64,000 nt of DNA, from contig CP158635.1 of the NCBI GenBank assembly GCA_050273025.1, positions 12,896,001 through 12,960,000 of the forward strand, given 5' to 3'. Each line of letters opens with the position of its first letter. The first letter of the stretch is position 1. Origin of the DNA: Cenococcum geophilum (Eukaryota). The notes beneath the pieces were generated by a model. The model did no database searches. It saw only the letters and a list, made by a program, of their open reading frames with translations, and was not told the origin of the DNA. Positions 27,601 through 39,704 of the stretch are shown one piece after another. The translations under genes and the position numbers were made by a program.

Positions 27601-30600
27601 AATAGGAATAATAGGACTAAAAGATTGGCTTTACTAGGTGGGAGTTCTAGTAGGTAGCCTAAGATGCGAATGTAGCTGGCTAAGATAGACACTAAAACAC
27701 GTAATACTGCTATGCCCCCTACGCATCAATTAAGAAATAATACTCTTAGCAGCTAGCACAGAGAACTATAATATACTGCTCTTAATATAAAAAGGCCTCA
27801 AGGCGGTCACCCAGTGGCTTATTAGTTAAAATGTGCTAAATTAGTTCTAGGTTATAAGGGAAATGGTAATAGAAGGCAAGAGGGCGAGTAGTAGGTGCCC
27901 CCTAGTAATTCTATAGTAGTAGAGTAATAGTTTATAATACTAGCGCGTCCGTAGGCTTATTACGGCAGCAGTAGTTCCTAAGGAGGTTAAATAGTAAGGT
28001 AGTAAAGTACTATAGGCGACTTATAGGCGCTAAGTAGGCGAGTCCTAAAAGGCGGGGAGATGGATCACGGGGTTTTCTCATTTTTCTTAAATAGAGTTTT
28101 CTCCCTATATGTAAATAAGGAGTAGTCCGCGTAGGCCCAATAGGGATCCGAATCGGACGTTAAGCAATGAATTATTATTAATACTAGAAGATATTAAAAA
28201 GGCGTTAGAACTAAAGCAATATATTAACCCCCAACCTCTTATACCTAAAGAATATTATAATCTAATTAATACGTTTAAGAAACGATTTATAGACTAACTA
28301 CCCCTATATTAAGATAAGTATAATTTTAAAATAGAACTTAAACCTAGTATAATGCTAAAGTTTGGCCCGTTATACAGTATATTGTAAAAAGAGCTGCTTA
28401 TAATGCTATAATACCTTAAAGAGTACCTAAGGAAAGAATTTATTTTCCCTAGTTAATTACTATTTACCTTATCTATACTATTTATTAAGAAACCTAGAGA
28501 AGGCTTAAGGTTCTATATTAATTATTAAGCCTTAAATGCGATTATAATTTAAAACCGATATTTAATTCCTTTGCTTTAAGAAATGGTTAACCGCTTAACC
28601 GCTTAGTAAAAGTATAATACTTTATAAAGCTTAATATAGTCGCTGCTTTTAATTAAATCTGTATTTATAAAGGAGATAAGAAGTATATAGCTTTCTATAT
28701 ATAATAAGGACTTTTTAAATACTTAGTAATACCGTCTAGTATAAAGAACGGTCCTAGTATATTTTAGTAATACGTTAATAATACGCTTCGCGAATTTCTT
28801 AATATATTTATTACCACGTATATTAATAATATCTTTATTTATTTATCTTCGCTTTTAAATATTAGAAATATGTCTAAATAGTCCTTAAACGCCTATAAGA
28901 CGCAGGCTTATAATGCGATATTAAGAAATATAAGTTCTACGCGTCTAAAGTTATATATTTAGGCCTAATTATATCCTATAACGGAATTAAAATAGACCTA
29001 AGAAAATCGCTGCAATTATAAACTAGGAAAGTCCTAGTAGTATATAAAATATATAAAGATTTTTAGAATTCGCAAATTTCTACTATTAATTTATTAATCA
29101 CTTCTTAAAAATTGTTTAGCTATTAGTAAACTTAATAAGGAAGAATATAAAATTTAAATGGACTACTAAATATAAATAAGCTTTTAATGACCTAAAATAT
29201 CGCTTTATAACTGCTCTAATTCTTACCTACTTTAATTTAGACCTTAAATATATTATTAAAATAGACTTATCTAATTATATACTAGGAGGAGTGTTATTAT
29301 AATATAATAAAAACGGCGAGCTACGCCTAGTAGCCTTTCTCTTCTAGAAACTTACCCCTATTTAATTAAACTATAAAATATATAATAAGAAACTACTTAT
29401 AATTGTTAAATGCTTTAAATAATAGCATCTAGAACTTAAAGGATTATTATTCCTAATATATGCATTAACGGACTATAAAAACCTATAGTACTTTATAACT
29501 ATAAAGCAATTAACGTAATACTAAATTTGTTAGGCCAAATACCTCTTATAATTTAACTTTAAGATTATATACCGACCTAGTAAACTTAATTAGAAGCCTA
29601 ACTTATTAATATAATAATTATAAAACTTACTTATAAACGCCTCTGATAAATGGATTATAAATTAATTACGAATTCTACTACCCCCTAAACACTTTAAGAA
29701 ACTACGCCCTATATTTCTAAATACGGAGCTTAATAGGAATAAATTAGAAATTAATAAGTAGAATATAGAAACTAATAAGTAGAATATAGAAATTAATAAG
29801 TAGAATATAGAAATTAATAAATTAATAGAGCATAAATATAAGAATAACCCTTAGATAGTAAATATAATAAAAGTAATTTAAATAGGGAAATGGTAATATA
29901 AGGATATTATACTTACTAAATGCGAAATCTGTAATAATTAGTTATACTATTAATAGAAAATAGTAGTCCCAAATTTTAAACCCTTATAATTTAAGATACT
30001 TAAATTTATACACGATTTCTTTATGGTAGGGCATCCTAACTATATAAAAACCTATAAGATTATCTAATAAGTATATTACTGGCCTATAATATATAACTAT
30101 ATACGAAAATATGTTTAAGTATACAAAATATGCGTATATAAGAAGACCTCTTATATAAAGAAGTAAGGAGTATTTTAACTATTACCAATTCTAATATAAA
30201 GATAGCAAGATATTTTAATTAACTTTATAGTTAACCTACCTAATAGTAATAGGTTTACGAATGTTATAGTAGTTATTAACTATTTTATAAAAATAGAATA
30301 TATAATTTCTATAGACTTAATTAATATAGTATTAGTAGCCGAATATTTTATTAAATATGTCTTTAAGCTATATGGACTTCCTAATTTAATAATATCCAAC
30401 TATAGAAGCTAGTTTATTTTAGACTTTTAATAAGCCTTATATAAGTGATTAAGTATATAAATAGTTAAACTAAAATTATAAACGCGATTATAGAATAATA
30501 CCTATAAATATACTGCTTCTACCTATAAAATAACTAGGAAAAGTGGCTATCCTTAGCTAAGTTTACTATAAATAATATAAAAAATAAATCAATAGGCGTA

Positions 30601-32008
30601 ATACAATTCTATATAACCTACGGATAAGACCCTTAACTTAGATTTAAACTATAACCTAAAATTAATATAATAGGACTAATAATTAAGAGGATTTAACTAA
30701 TTAACGTATATAAATTTGCTAATTAAATAAAGTAGTTAACGGAACTATTATAAAGTAAATTAGCGTATACTTAAATGGTATAGAAATAGCATATAAATAA
30801 AGAACGAGCTCCTATATAGGACTTTAAGGAAGGTAATATGGTTTACCTAAATATATAAAACCTAAAGACTTAATAACCCTTAAAGAAACTAGACTAGAAG
30901 TTTATAGGCCCGTACTAAATTAAGAAGAAACTAAGCCTATACGCTTATAAGCTTAAACTACTAACCAAGATAAAAATATATCTAACGTTTTATATAAACC
31001 CACTATAACCCTTAAAGGGTAAACCTATAACTCGTAAAGTACTACTACTATCTCCCATAATTGTTAATAACGGTAATAGTTTTTACTTTATTAACTTAAT
31101 TAATAATATATAATAAAAGATATAGTCTAAATAATTTAAACTTCTTATTAAATAGAAAGGATATAAGATATAAACCTAGGAACCTTATAAGCAAATTAAA
31201 ACCGATATATCTTCCCTAGTAAAAGAATTCCATAAGGACTATTCTTTGCGGCCTACTTTAGCTAAATAGACACAATATAAAGGTAAATAACTACTACCTA
31301 ATATAAATACACAAAACACAATAGCAGGAAGCTTAAATTTAAAAAGAAATTAAAATATATTATAATGTTTACAATACGGTTATATAATACGCAAAATGTT
31401 AAAGAACTTTAACTAGCTGTTAAAGTTATCTAATTAGTTAAGATTGCCTTGCTAAGACTCTTTATAAAGATATTAGTTTTACTTACTACCTTAACTAAGC
31501 TAATAGCAATTTTCTATCCTAGGGATAGAAAATCCTAATTAGTCCATTTAACAATAGAACTAGTAAAACTCTATACCGCTACCTAACGTAAGTATATAAA
31601 CGCAATAAGTAATAAGTCTTAACTAAAATTAAATTATTTTAGACCTTTGGCTAAAGGAGGGGGTACTATAATAGGACTAGCTTAGTTATAGTAGGAATAT
31701 CTTAGTAAAACACTTAACAGATAAATTCCAACGCTTTAACTAAATTCTGCTAAATTCTGCTAGCTTAATTAACTTCTACTAAGTTCTGCTAGATTAATTA
31801 AATTCTACTAAAGTCCGTTAAAGACCGCGTATATATATACGCACGTATTAACCACTAAGACCCCTAACTATTTAATTATATAATTTTCTTATTATTCCCT
31901 TCTTTCTTTACGTAACGTCTTATTCTCTACAAGAGCTATACCTATAGATTTAGATAGAATTTATATTATTCCTTTAAATCTGCCCCAAAGCCTCTTTGCG
32001 CCCTTACA
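24635..32008 (+). mobile_element. Complete Ty3/Gypsy family C copy 1, RIP-inactivated, containing a truncated LINE
   Basis: 342-bp LTRs 24635-24976 and 31667-32008; TSD cttct at 24630-34 and 32009-13; PPT aaaggaggggg; gag CCHC ECF.C..KGH..RNC (~26010-26055), RT, RNase H, integrase and chromodomain remnants. Confidence 0.95.
26874..28178 (+). mobile_element. 5'-truncated copy of the Tad1-like LINE (3' 1.3 kb)
   Basis: Matches ~7357-8670; (TTA)n tail; 17-bp TSD taatactagaagatatt at 26857-26873 and 28179-28195. Confidence 0.95.
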
Positions 32009-33960
32009 CTTCTTAATAATAGTATTAACTCTTTAATTATATTACTAAGCCTTACTCGCAATTTCCTTAATAGTCCTTATTCTATTACTAAAATCTTAGT
32101 CCTAAGCTTGCTTCCTTTTTAAGCTATACTTTAGCCTTAGTCTAACTAGGCTTTTATAGTGTTCTTATCTTATCTTAAGAGTCTTAAATCTTACTTACCT
32201 TACTTTAAAAATCTTATGCCTATAGGAAACTCTATCCTAAGCTTATTTATATATCTTTAAACTAAGCTACTACTCTACTTTATTAGTTATTATCTATTAT
32301 AGGTTCTTAAGCTTATCTTATCCCGTCTTAGAAATCTTAAGCGTCTCTTATCTTATTTTAAGAATCTTAAGCCTATAGCTTTTTACCTTTATTAAGTAGT
32401 AAGCTAGCACTAGTAGTCGTCTACTTATTTAATCCTTTTTATTAAATATTTCTCCTTCCGTTTTATAAAGCGATAGATACCGTATCTAATAGTAGTATAA
32501 TTTTTATTACTAATTCTTGTTCTATAAAGGTCTTAGTCTCTACTTTTAATATAACTATTTTAAGGTCTATATACTTCTAGTAAGCTACTTTTATTACCTT
32601 ATTATTGCTAAATATTTTACTTATATTAAATTTATTGTCCTTAATATCTAATTTATAAGATAGTTCGTTAGTTCCTCTAAACTTTAATAATATTAGCTCT
32701 TATAGCTAATAGCTTACGCTATACTTAGCGTCTTTATAAATTTAGTATACATTATTATAGCAAAACATAAAACTTCTAATTAAACACTCTTTTATTCCTT
32801 ATAGTATACTTATTATCTCTTTATATATATATATCTTCTACTAGTCTAGTTCCCTTAACCGCATAGTTATTTTAACTATCTTTATAGTTTCTAGCGAAAT
32901 AACATTATTTCCCGTAATTTATATAAGCTCCTTCTTTAAACCATTTTTACTGCTATAAAGTTTACCTAAACGTCTTCTACTATTAAGATCCCTAGTTTAG
33001 CCTCTGCTCCTTAGGTCTATAATTACTTAATCCTTACCCTTTAGGTTTCTATAGTTGCTTTATCTATCTCTTATAGGTTTTTTTAGTACTACTTAGGTCT
33101 ATTAGCTCTACGCTATACTATAATTTTTAACTTAGTTAATATGTACTCTACGCCTTATATAACTATAAAACTCTATTCTAACCCTTCTTAGTTTATTCTC
33201 TTTGGTAGATCCTATTATTAATCTTAATTACTTAATTAATTAGTTCTCTAAGAGTATCCGCATTTTCTATTAGGATAATTACGTCCTAAACTTTCGCCTT
33301 AAGTCCTTATTTATACTGTGCTATAAGCGCCTTATTATTCTATTTAACCTACATTGCTAGCATTTAAAACTATATCGTATACTCAATTACTAAGGCTTAT
33401 TATACTAAATTTTAGAGCTTTTTTTTGCCGTAGTGATTACCTCTAGGTCTCTAAATATTTACATTAGTTACTTTATAAACCCGTTCTAACTAGCAAATAT
33501 ATATTATACTTCTTAATTAGTAGTTACTATATCGTTTTCCTATATCTCTATAAGGTAAGGTTTAAACTACTTAAGTGCCCTTTCTATTAGGAATAGTCCT
33601 GCGTAGGCTATTTAGTCCATAACCATTACTAGCTTTGCCCCCTCTTATATAACCTTAAATTGCATTTACATAAGGAATCCCTTAAGCTTTAACTTCTTCC
33701 CTAAGAATCGCTTAATAGATAGTAGCTTAATCTTAGCTACTCTTATCCCATTAATCCTTTTTTAAGTATCCTATTATTATCTGTTAATTAATTAACTATT
33801 GCCTATAACTATCTAACCATAACTAGTTATAAGTTAGTATCTACTATACTAGTGTTATTACCTAACCCTAAAGTAGTTACCGCTGTAGACACTATTATAG
33901 CTACTGCTTTTAGTAGCATATTATTTAACTTTATTAATACTATAACTTTAGTAGTAAATA

Positions 33961-34384
33961 TATAATAAAGCCTTATAGTAAGAACTACAGTAGACTTATT
34001 ATTAGGCTAGGTATATAGGTAAATAAGAAGTTAATAACGTAATAATAACTAATAGAGTGGTTGCCTAATAGATTAACTTTAATTTTATTTTAAGATTTAC
34101 TACTAAGAATAGAACTATCTAGGTAGGGACTATAGTCCTTTAAATATATAATACTGCGCCTAAGAAGTACTTAAGTATATTAGTATGTTAAATATCCTAA
34201 GTATATAACGTTCTAATAGATCTTATAGATCCTACGTTCTAAACCTATAATGTAATCGCCTCTGTAACTTGGTTACCCCTTATTTTATAGTTTAACTAGT
34301 TCTAGCACCTCCTGTACTTCTACTACTAGTCTATTTATATCTTTCCTTAGTAGTTCTACTACTGCCGATATAAGGTCCGTAATA
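33961..34384 (-). repeat. 5' LTR of minus-strand Gypsy B (424 bp)
   Basis: Reverse complement of LTR 36709-37350 minus its MITE; TATA-like box at ~34141-34150 on - strand. Confidence 0.9.
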
Positions 34385-35929
34385 TTAGATAGGCATAAAT
34401 GCTTATAGAATACTATTTTAAGATTTAGTATACTAAAGGCACTAAGAATATAAGGGTAGATGCACTTAGTAGAAAAGCTAAACTATAGAATAATAAGAAG
34501 CCATTAGGAGCAATACTATATAAAGATAGTAATAAATTAATTAGGTATAATTATCTTAAGATTATAGTAACTTAGGAATATAAGCTACCGGAAAGTTATT
34601 AGATAAGAAGAATCTAAAAGGCGTAATCTAAGGATTTAGAAACAAACTAGTATAAATAGAGAATAAATATATATATCCTAAGGGGAATAGCAGAAGAGTT
34701 TATTAAGGATTTTTATAAGGGAATAATATAAGGACACAACGGAGTAATAGGCTTAGTATTGAAACTTTAAGAGGAGTATATTATTTATAAAATCTAAGGC
34801 TTAGTAAGAAAAGTTATAAAGGAGTATTTAGATTGCTAGGGAAATAAGCTAATAGGGTATAGGCCGTACGGAAAGCTATAACCTATTAAAGTATTTAGGG
34901 GGTTATAGGGAGCAATATTATAGGACTTTATCGTAAAGTTGCTAAAGTTAAAAGATTTTATTACTAGATAGGAGTATAACGTAATCCTTATAATAGTAGA
35001 TAAGTTAACTAAATAGGGCTATTTTATAGCATATATAGAAGAAATCTTAGTAGAAGATATTGCTAGAATCTATATTAAAGAAATGTTTACAAGATATAGA
35101 GCACTAAGTAAAATTATATTAAATAGAGATTTAAGATTTATAGTAGTATTTTAAGAGGTATTTTTAGCAGAATAGGGAGTTAAAGTGGTAACTTTTACTA
35201 TATATTATCTATAAACGGATAAATAGGTAGAAAGACTACATTAGATACTAGAATAGTATTTAAGACATTATATTAATTATATATAGAATAGTTAGGTATT
35301 ACTGTTACTAGTTATATAATTTATATACAATATAATACCGCAGGAAGGTATAAAGATATTACTATTTTAGGTAAATTACGGATATAGGCCTAGAATACTA
35401 TTGTTACTATAATAAGTAAAGAAAATAAGCGGTATAGTAAAGTAGAGAATAGAGACTCTATTAAATCTTTATAAGGACCTCTATTTTATAGCAAAATTAG
35501 TATAAAAAAATTAATAAAGTACTATAATATTAAGAGATCTAAGGGACTAGATCTTAAGGAGGGAGATAAAGTATAGCTATTATATAAAAATTTTATAAGT
35601 TAATGACTAAGCAAGAAGTTAGATTACGTTAGATTAGGACTATTTAAAATTATAATTAAAGTTTTAGAAGTTATATATAGACTTAACTTACTAGCGAAGA
35701 TAAAGATCTACCTAGTACAGTATATTATAATACTAGAACTAGCGCATAGAGATATAGAGCTACTAGTTTATAAAGTAGATATATATAGAGGATAAAAGAA
35801 AGATAAATAGTAAGTTTTAAAGATTATTAGTTATAAGGACGTCGATAATAAAATATAGTATAAAGTAAAGTAGATAGGCTATAATAAGATTACCTAAGAA
35901 CTACTATAGAACCTAAAGAACGCTATAGG

Positions 35930-36603
35930 AAAGATATAGGAGTATTAAAAGAGAATAGGTTAGGTAATATTAAAAAGGAGCTAAAGATAAAGGGATTAGT
36001 TAAAGGTAATAAACGAGCCGGATTATCTAAGGGATCTACTACTAACGTATTAGTTATTTCCGCCTTAGCTTAATTAGAATCCTTTTTAGCCTCTTTAGCC
36101 TTAAGCTTATAGAGACCTTACTTAATAAAACGGAACTCCTTTAAGCGTACCTTTTTATAAACTTTTTAAGATAAAGTAGCCAAACGGATATAGCTAGGTA
36201 AGCCTTAGTAGCCTATTACTAAGCTTTCGCAACCTTTTACTCTACTTTATAAGAACGGCGAAGTTTATTTAGGGCTAGTAAGAACTCCTTATTAAGCTTT
36301 ATAGTAGTAGACTAAATATAGGACCTTATAGTAAATTAAATAAGGAAGTTAAAGACTTTAAAGACTAATAAGGCGCGTATACTTAGCGTTAGAAATAGAT
36401 TAAATATTATAAAACGATTGTATATTCGCTCGCGTACACTCTATATAGGAAAAGGGTTAGCGACTAGAGGGAGCCGCAATTATAATATATACTAACTTCT
36501 TCTCTATATAACGAGAATAAGGAGATATAATTTTACCTAGTAAAAGAATCGTTAAAATAATATAAGCATAACGCTTAAATACAGAAGATTTAATAGGAGG
36601 TAT
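35930..36603 (-). pseudogene. Antisense ORF of Gypsy B: Zn2Cys6-like cluster plus coiled coil, 55-bp intron 36326-36380 (3' end approximate)
   Basis: De-RIP MPP.ESSASKRRARIVSTILSLGEIMSPCSRC.EKKLVC..IAAPSGRQPSSC.ECTRANMRSSCDVRSVSDAE; same cysteine spacing and intron position as the A copies. Confidence 0.75.
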
Positions 36604-36845
36604 TAAAAACGATAAAGGTTATTAAATTAAAGATGCGAATACTATACCTCTAATAAACAACTTAGAGATATAAGATATCTTTAAGGACGAAAATAAAGAG
36701 GGGGATAGTGTTACAGACCTTATATTAGTAGTAGTAGGACTACTAAGGAGAAATATAAATAGACTAGTAGTAGAAGTATAGGAGGTGCTAAAACTAGTTA
36801 AACTATAGGATGAGGGGTAACTAAGTTATATAGTAAGTTACGTTA

Positions 36846-37061
36846 CTATCTGCAAAAGATCGGTAACTCGCTTAGGACGCGAAAAAACCGCATCGCCCCC
36901 CCATCAAAACAATACACCCCCTATAGTCCTACCAATATAGCTCCATACCTCATAAATACAGAGCTATATTGGTAGGACTATAGGGGGTGTATTGTTTTGA
37001 TGGGGGGGGGATGCGGTTTTTTCGCGTCCTAAGCGAGTTACCGATCTTTTGTAACAGATAG
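36846..37061. mobile_element. Foldback MITE (216 bp, TA TSD) inserted in the Gypsy B 3' LTR
   Basis: ~98-bp near-perfect inverted arms with a 17-nt loop (36944-36960); TA at 36844-45 and 37062-63; empty site in LTR 33961-34384. Confidence 0.93.
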
Positions 37062-37537
37062 TATAAGTTTAGAATATAGGATCTATAAGATCTATTAGAA
37101 CGTTATATACTTAGATTATTTAATATACTAACGTACTTAAGTATTTCTTAGGCGTAGTATTATATATTTAAAGGACTATAGTCCCTACCTAGATAGTTCT
37201 CTTCTTTATAGTAAATCTTAGAATATAATTAGAGTTAATCTATTAGGCAACTACTCCACTAGTTATTATTACATTATTAACTTCTTATTTACCTATATAC
37301 CTAGCCTATTAATAAGTCTACTATAGTATCTTCTATAAGGCTTTATTACAAATATTAATTTTATTAAAGTTTAAAAATGCGTTATTAAAAGCCTAAGCAC
37401 GTATTATATCTTATTAAATAGTTTACTAATATTAATAAAACTATATAGGTGTGTAGATATCTACTACTTAAAGCTATTACAACACCTAGTAGGTATTATA
37501 GTTAGGTCCTTCCTTAAAAATATCCTTCTACGTATTA

Positions 37538-37890
37538 GTAGAGCTTTAGGTAGAGCCGTAAGCTTTAAGCAAAGCTTTATACAGAGCTTAATATAAAGCT
37601 TCGTATAGAGCCACGTGTAGGCGTATAGACGTGTAGATATATAAACGCGTAGATATATAGACGTTTGTACGGGCGATTGTAAAACCTTCCTAGTATATTA
37701 ATGCTGCGTCTTAGTAGAGCTTTAAGTAGAGCTTTTATAGAGCTTTGTACGGAGCTTCGTGTAAAGCCTCTATAGAGCCTTAGTAGAGCTCTATGCAGAG
37801 CTCCGTGCAGAGCTCCGTATAGGTCTCCCCCTAAGCTTTATTCTGCAGAGCTCTTATAAAGCTTTATAGCTCTATATAGACGCGGAGCTT
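37538..37890. repeat. Degenerate 12-bp tandem repeats (gcagagctccgt-like), RIP-affected; origin unknown
   Basis: Recurring agagct core at ~12-bp period, e.g. gcagagctccgtgcagagctccgt at ~37795-37818. Confidence 0.7.
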
Positions 37891-38002
37891 ATAACTCTAT
37901 TAGGGCCTACACCATAACCTATAAAGGGCTGCGAAGTAAATTAATTAAATAGGTATATAGCAGATAAAATACCCACTGGTTATAAAGAGGGCTAGTAGCG
38001 TA

Positions 38003-38427
38003 ACGTAGTCGGTAAGCCTGTGGGCCATGCAAGCCTATAGGCTATATCAAAACCCTACCAAAAATTACCTTAATATCTTAACAACCACTTAATAATAAAT
38101 CCTAATAATTTAGATTTAGACTTTTATATACACTTTACAGCTTGTATTAAAGTTGCATGGAAAATAGTTTAGTAGTTTTTAAGATATTAAAATTTGGGGG
38201 CCGAAATAAGGCCATATTACCATATCTTACCATATCTTAAACACTACTAAACTATTTACTATGCAACTTTAATAGAAGCTGTAGAGTATATATAAAAGTC
38301 TAAATCTAAATTACTAGAAATTATTATTAAGTAGTTGTTAAGATATAAAGGTATGAATTTTCTAATTTCCGGTGGGGTCTTAATGTGGCCCATAGGCTTG
38401 CATGGCCCACAGGCTTACCGACTACGT
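38003..38427. mobile_element. Foldback MITE (425 bp), Fot1/pogo-type ACGT termini
   Basis: TIR acgtagtcggtaagcctgtgggccatgcaagccta extending as ~185-bp imperfect inverted arms; TA TSD at 38001-02 and 38428-29. Confidence 0.92.
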
Positions 38428-38859
38428 TAAGCGTAAGCGTATTTACTACGCGCCTTAGGAGGGCAGTAGAATTGGAGCCTCTGCGGCAACAAACTCCTCT
38501 TAGCGTCACGCGTATATAAGGAGCTAAAGATCTTATAACTTATAGAGTAGGTTTTTCTCTATAATTTAGTATAATTTTTATGTCGATAAGTATTATGGGA
38601 GGGTAGATTAATTTCGTTAAAGTTAATAAGGTCTTCTCATATAAACGGTGTTTAGGTTTTCTATAAATCTCGCCAAAGTCCCTCAGACCAAGAAAACGAT
38701 TACCGTCCTAAATTAGCTTATATCCGCAATCGATTTCTTGGTCTGAGCTTCTGAGGTAACTTTATAATGCGTGCGCATTTCAGATTTGTCAGGTAAACCC
38801 ATAGAAAGTAAAAATTACCAAGCATTAAATTAGATCTTACAAGACATCGAGCACAACAT

Positions 38860-39385
38860 CGTTTAATTTTGACGATTTTTACACCCCCCATACACCCATC
38901 CTTTAATTAACGCCATGCCTCCCTCATCTACCATCATAATTAAGGACGATGATACTTCCTCCTCTGCCATTTCTGATCAGTTTACCCACTCTGGCGACGA
39001 CGACGCGTCGAGCTACTCTACACCAAATACACCACCCGTAACCACCCCTAAGTCGCCTCGTAAAAGGCGCAGGTTAGCTACTTCTTCTTGGCACAGCGCT
39101 CGCGCCCGCGCCCACGCCTATGCGTATATACGGTATTCTGTTCAAATGGGTCACGACGAGTCGATGTATTAACGCGAACAGGGCTAGCTGGGCGGCCGCA
39201 GCGGCGCTCAACAGTTAGAGCCTGGGGTGGGGATAGGTAAGGCAAATACGAGGTAATACTTTGGGTATGGGCGCGCAATAGTCGCGCACTAATGTAGATA
39301 CAAACAACTTAAATTTATGTGATATTCTAACTTAATCAGTAGGGAGTGTCCATGCATCAATTGGGGGTGTCCAATTACCGCTGCC
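38860..39385 (+). mobile_element. Probable non-autonomous Mutator-like remnant carrying a short ORF (38915-39172) resembling a transposase N-terminus
   Basis: Right end gtgatattctaacttaat...ttgggggtgtccaattaccgctgcc shares motifs with the right TIR of 45066-45720; both contain (GCGCCC)n; the ORF has an acidic/Ser stretch and an NLS-like SPRKRRR. Left TIR not found. Confidence 0.45.
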
Positions 39386-39508
39386 TAAATTTTAAGCTTT
39401 AAATATTTTTTAAAGCTTTAGAATTAATTGTGTGGTTATTATATAGTAATTCAGTAGGGTTCGTCATCCTAAAAATGCGCTCGGCCGGAGACTTTTGACG
39501 TGGGACTG
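39386..39508. mobile_element. Terminal fragment of a Tc1/mariner (impala-like) element
   Basis: Minus strand reads TA|CAGTCCCACGTCAAAAGTCTCCGG, matching the CAGT-N6-CAAAA Tc1 TIR pattern with a TA flank at 39509-10; partner end not in the window. Confidence 0.55.
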
Positions 39509-39704
39509 TAAAGATAAGGTAGGCGCACTCTACTGGCGTGGCCTAATACATTATAGGCGGGCGGACACAGGGATTTGATTATGCGCGAAACCCACTCTAC
39601 GCGATAAGCACCGATAAACACATACTATCATTGGACGACTAATTCAGTATTGTAAATCCGTTAGAAAGGCGTGATGAATTTCGTTTCTTCCGCCTAAACC
39701 GCTC

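Larger units (their letters stand above)
14260..34384 (-). mobile_element. Ty3/Gypsy family B copy on minus strand, split into 14260-14577, 14809-15652, 21709-24629 and 32014-34384; 3' end displaced out of the window
   Basis: Segments are reverse complements of A/B gag-pol (integrase ~14300-15600, RT/RH/protease ~21710-23600, gag ~23600-24630 and 32014-33920); 5' LTR at 33961-34384. Confidence 0.92.
34385..37350 (+). mobile_element. Ty3/Gypsy family B, 3' half (end of RNase H, integrase, chromodomain, 3' LTR 36709-37350); outer host of the left nest
   Basis: Collinear with A copies from the R.WA.L motif onward; PPT aaagagggggatag then TGTTAC...TTACA LTR. Confidence 0.92.

Noticed and set aside
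27263..27692. ORFs repeated between the two LINE copies
   Set aside because: Similarity reflects copy identity of the LINE 3' end, not independent genes.
31260..31666. Analogous antisense zinc-cluster ORF in Gypsy C
   Set aside because: The region is shorter and I could not find a Cys pattern on the minus strand.
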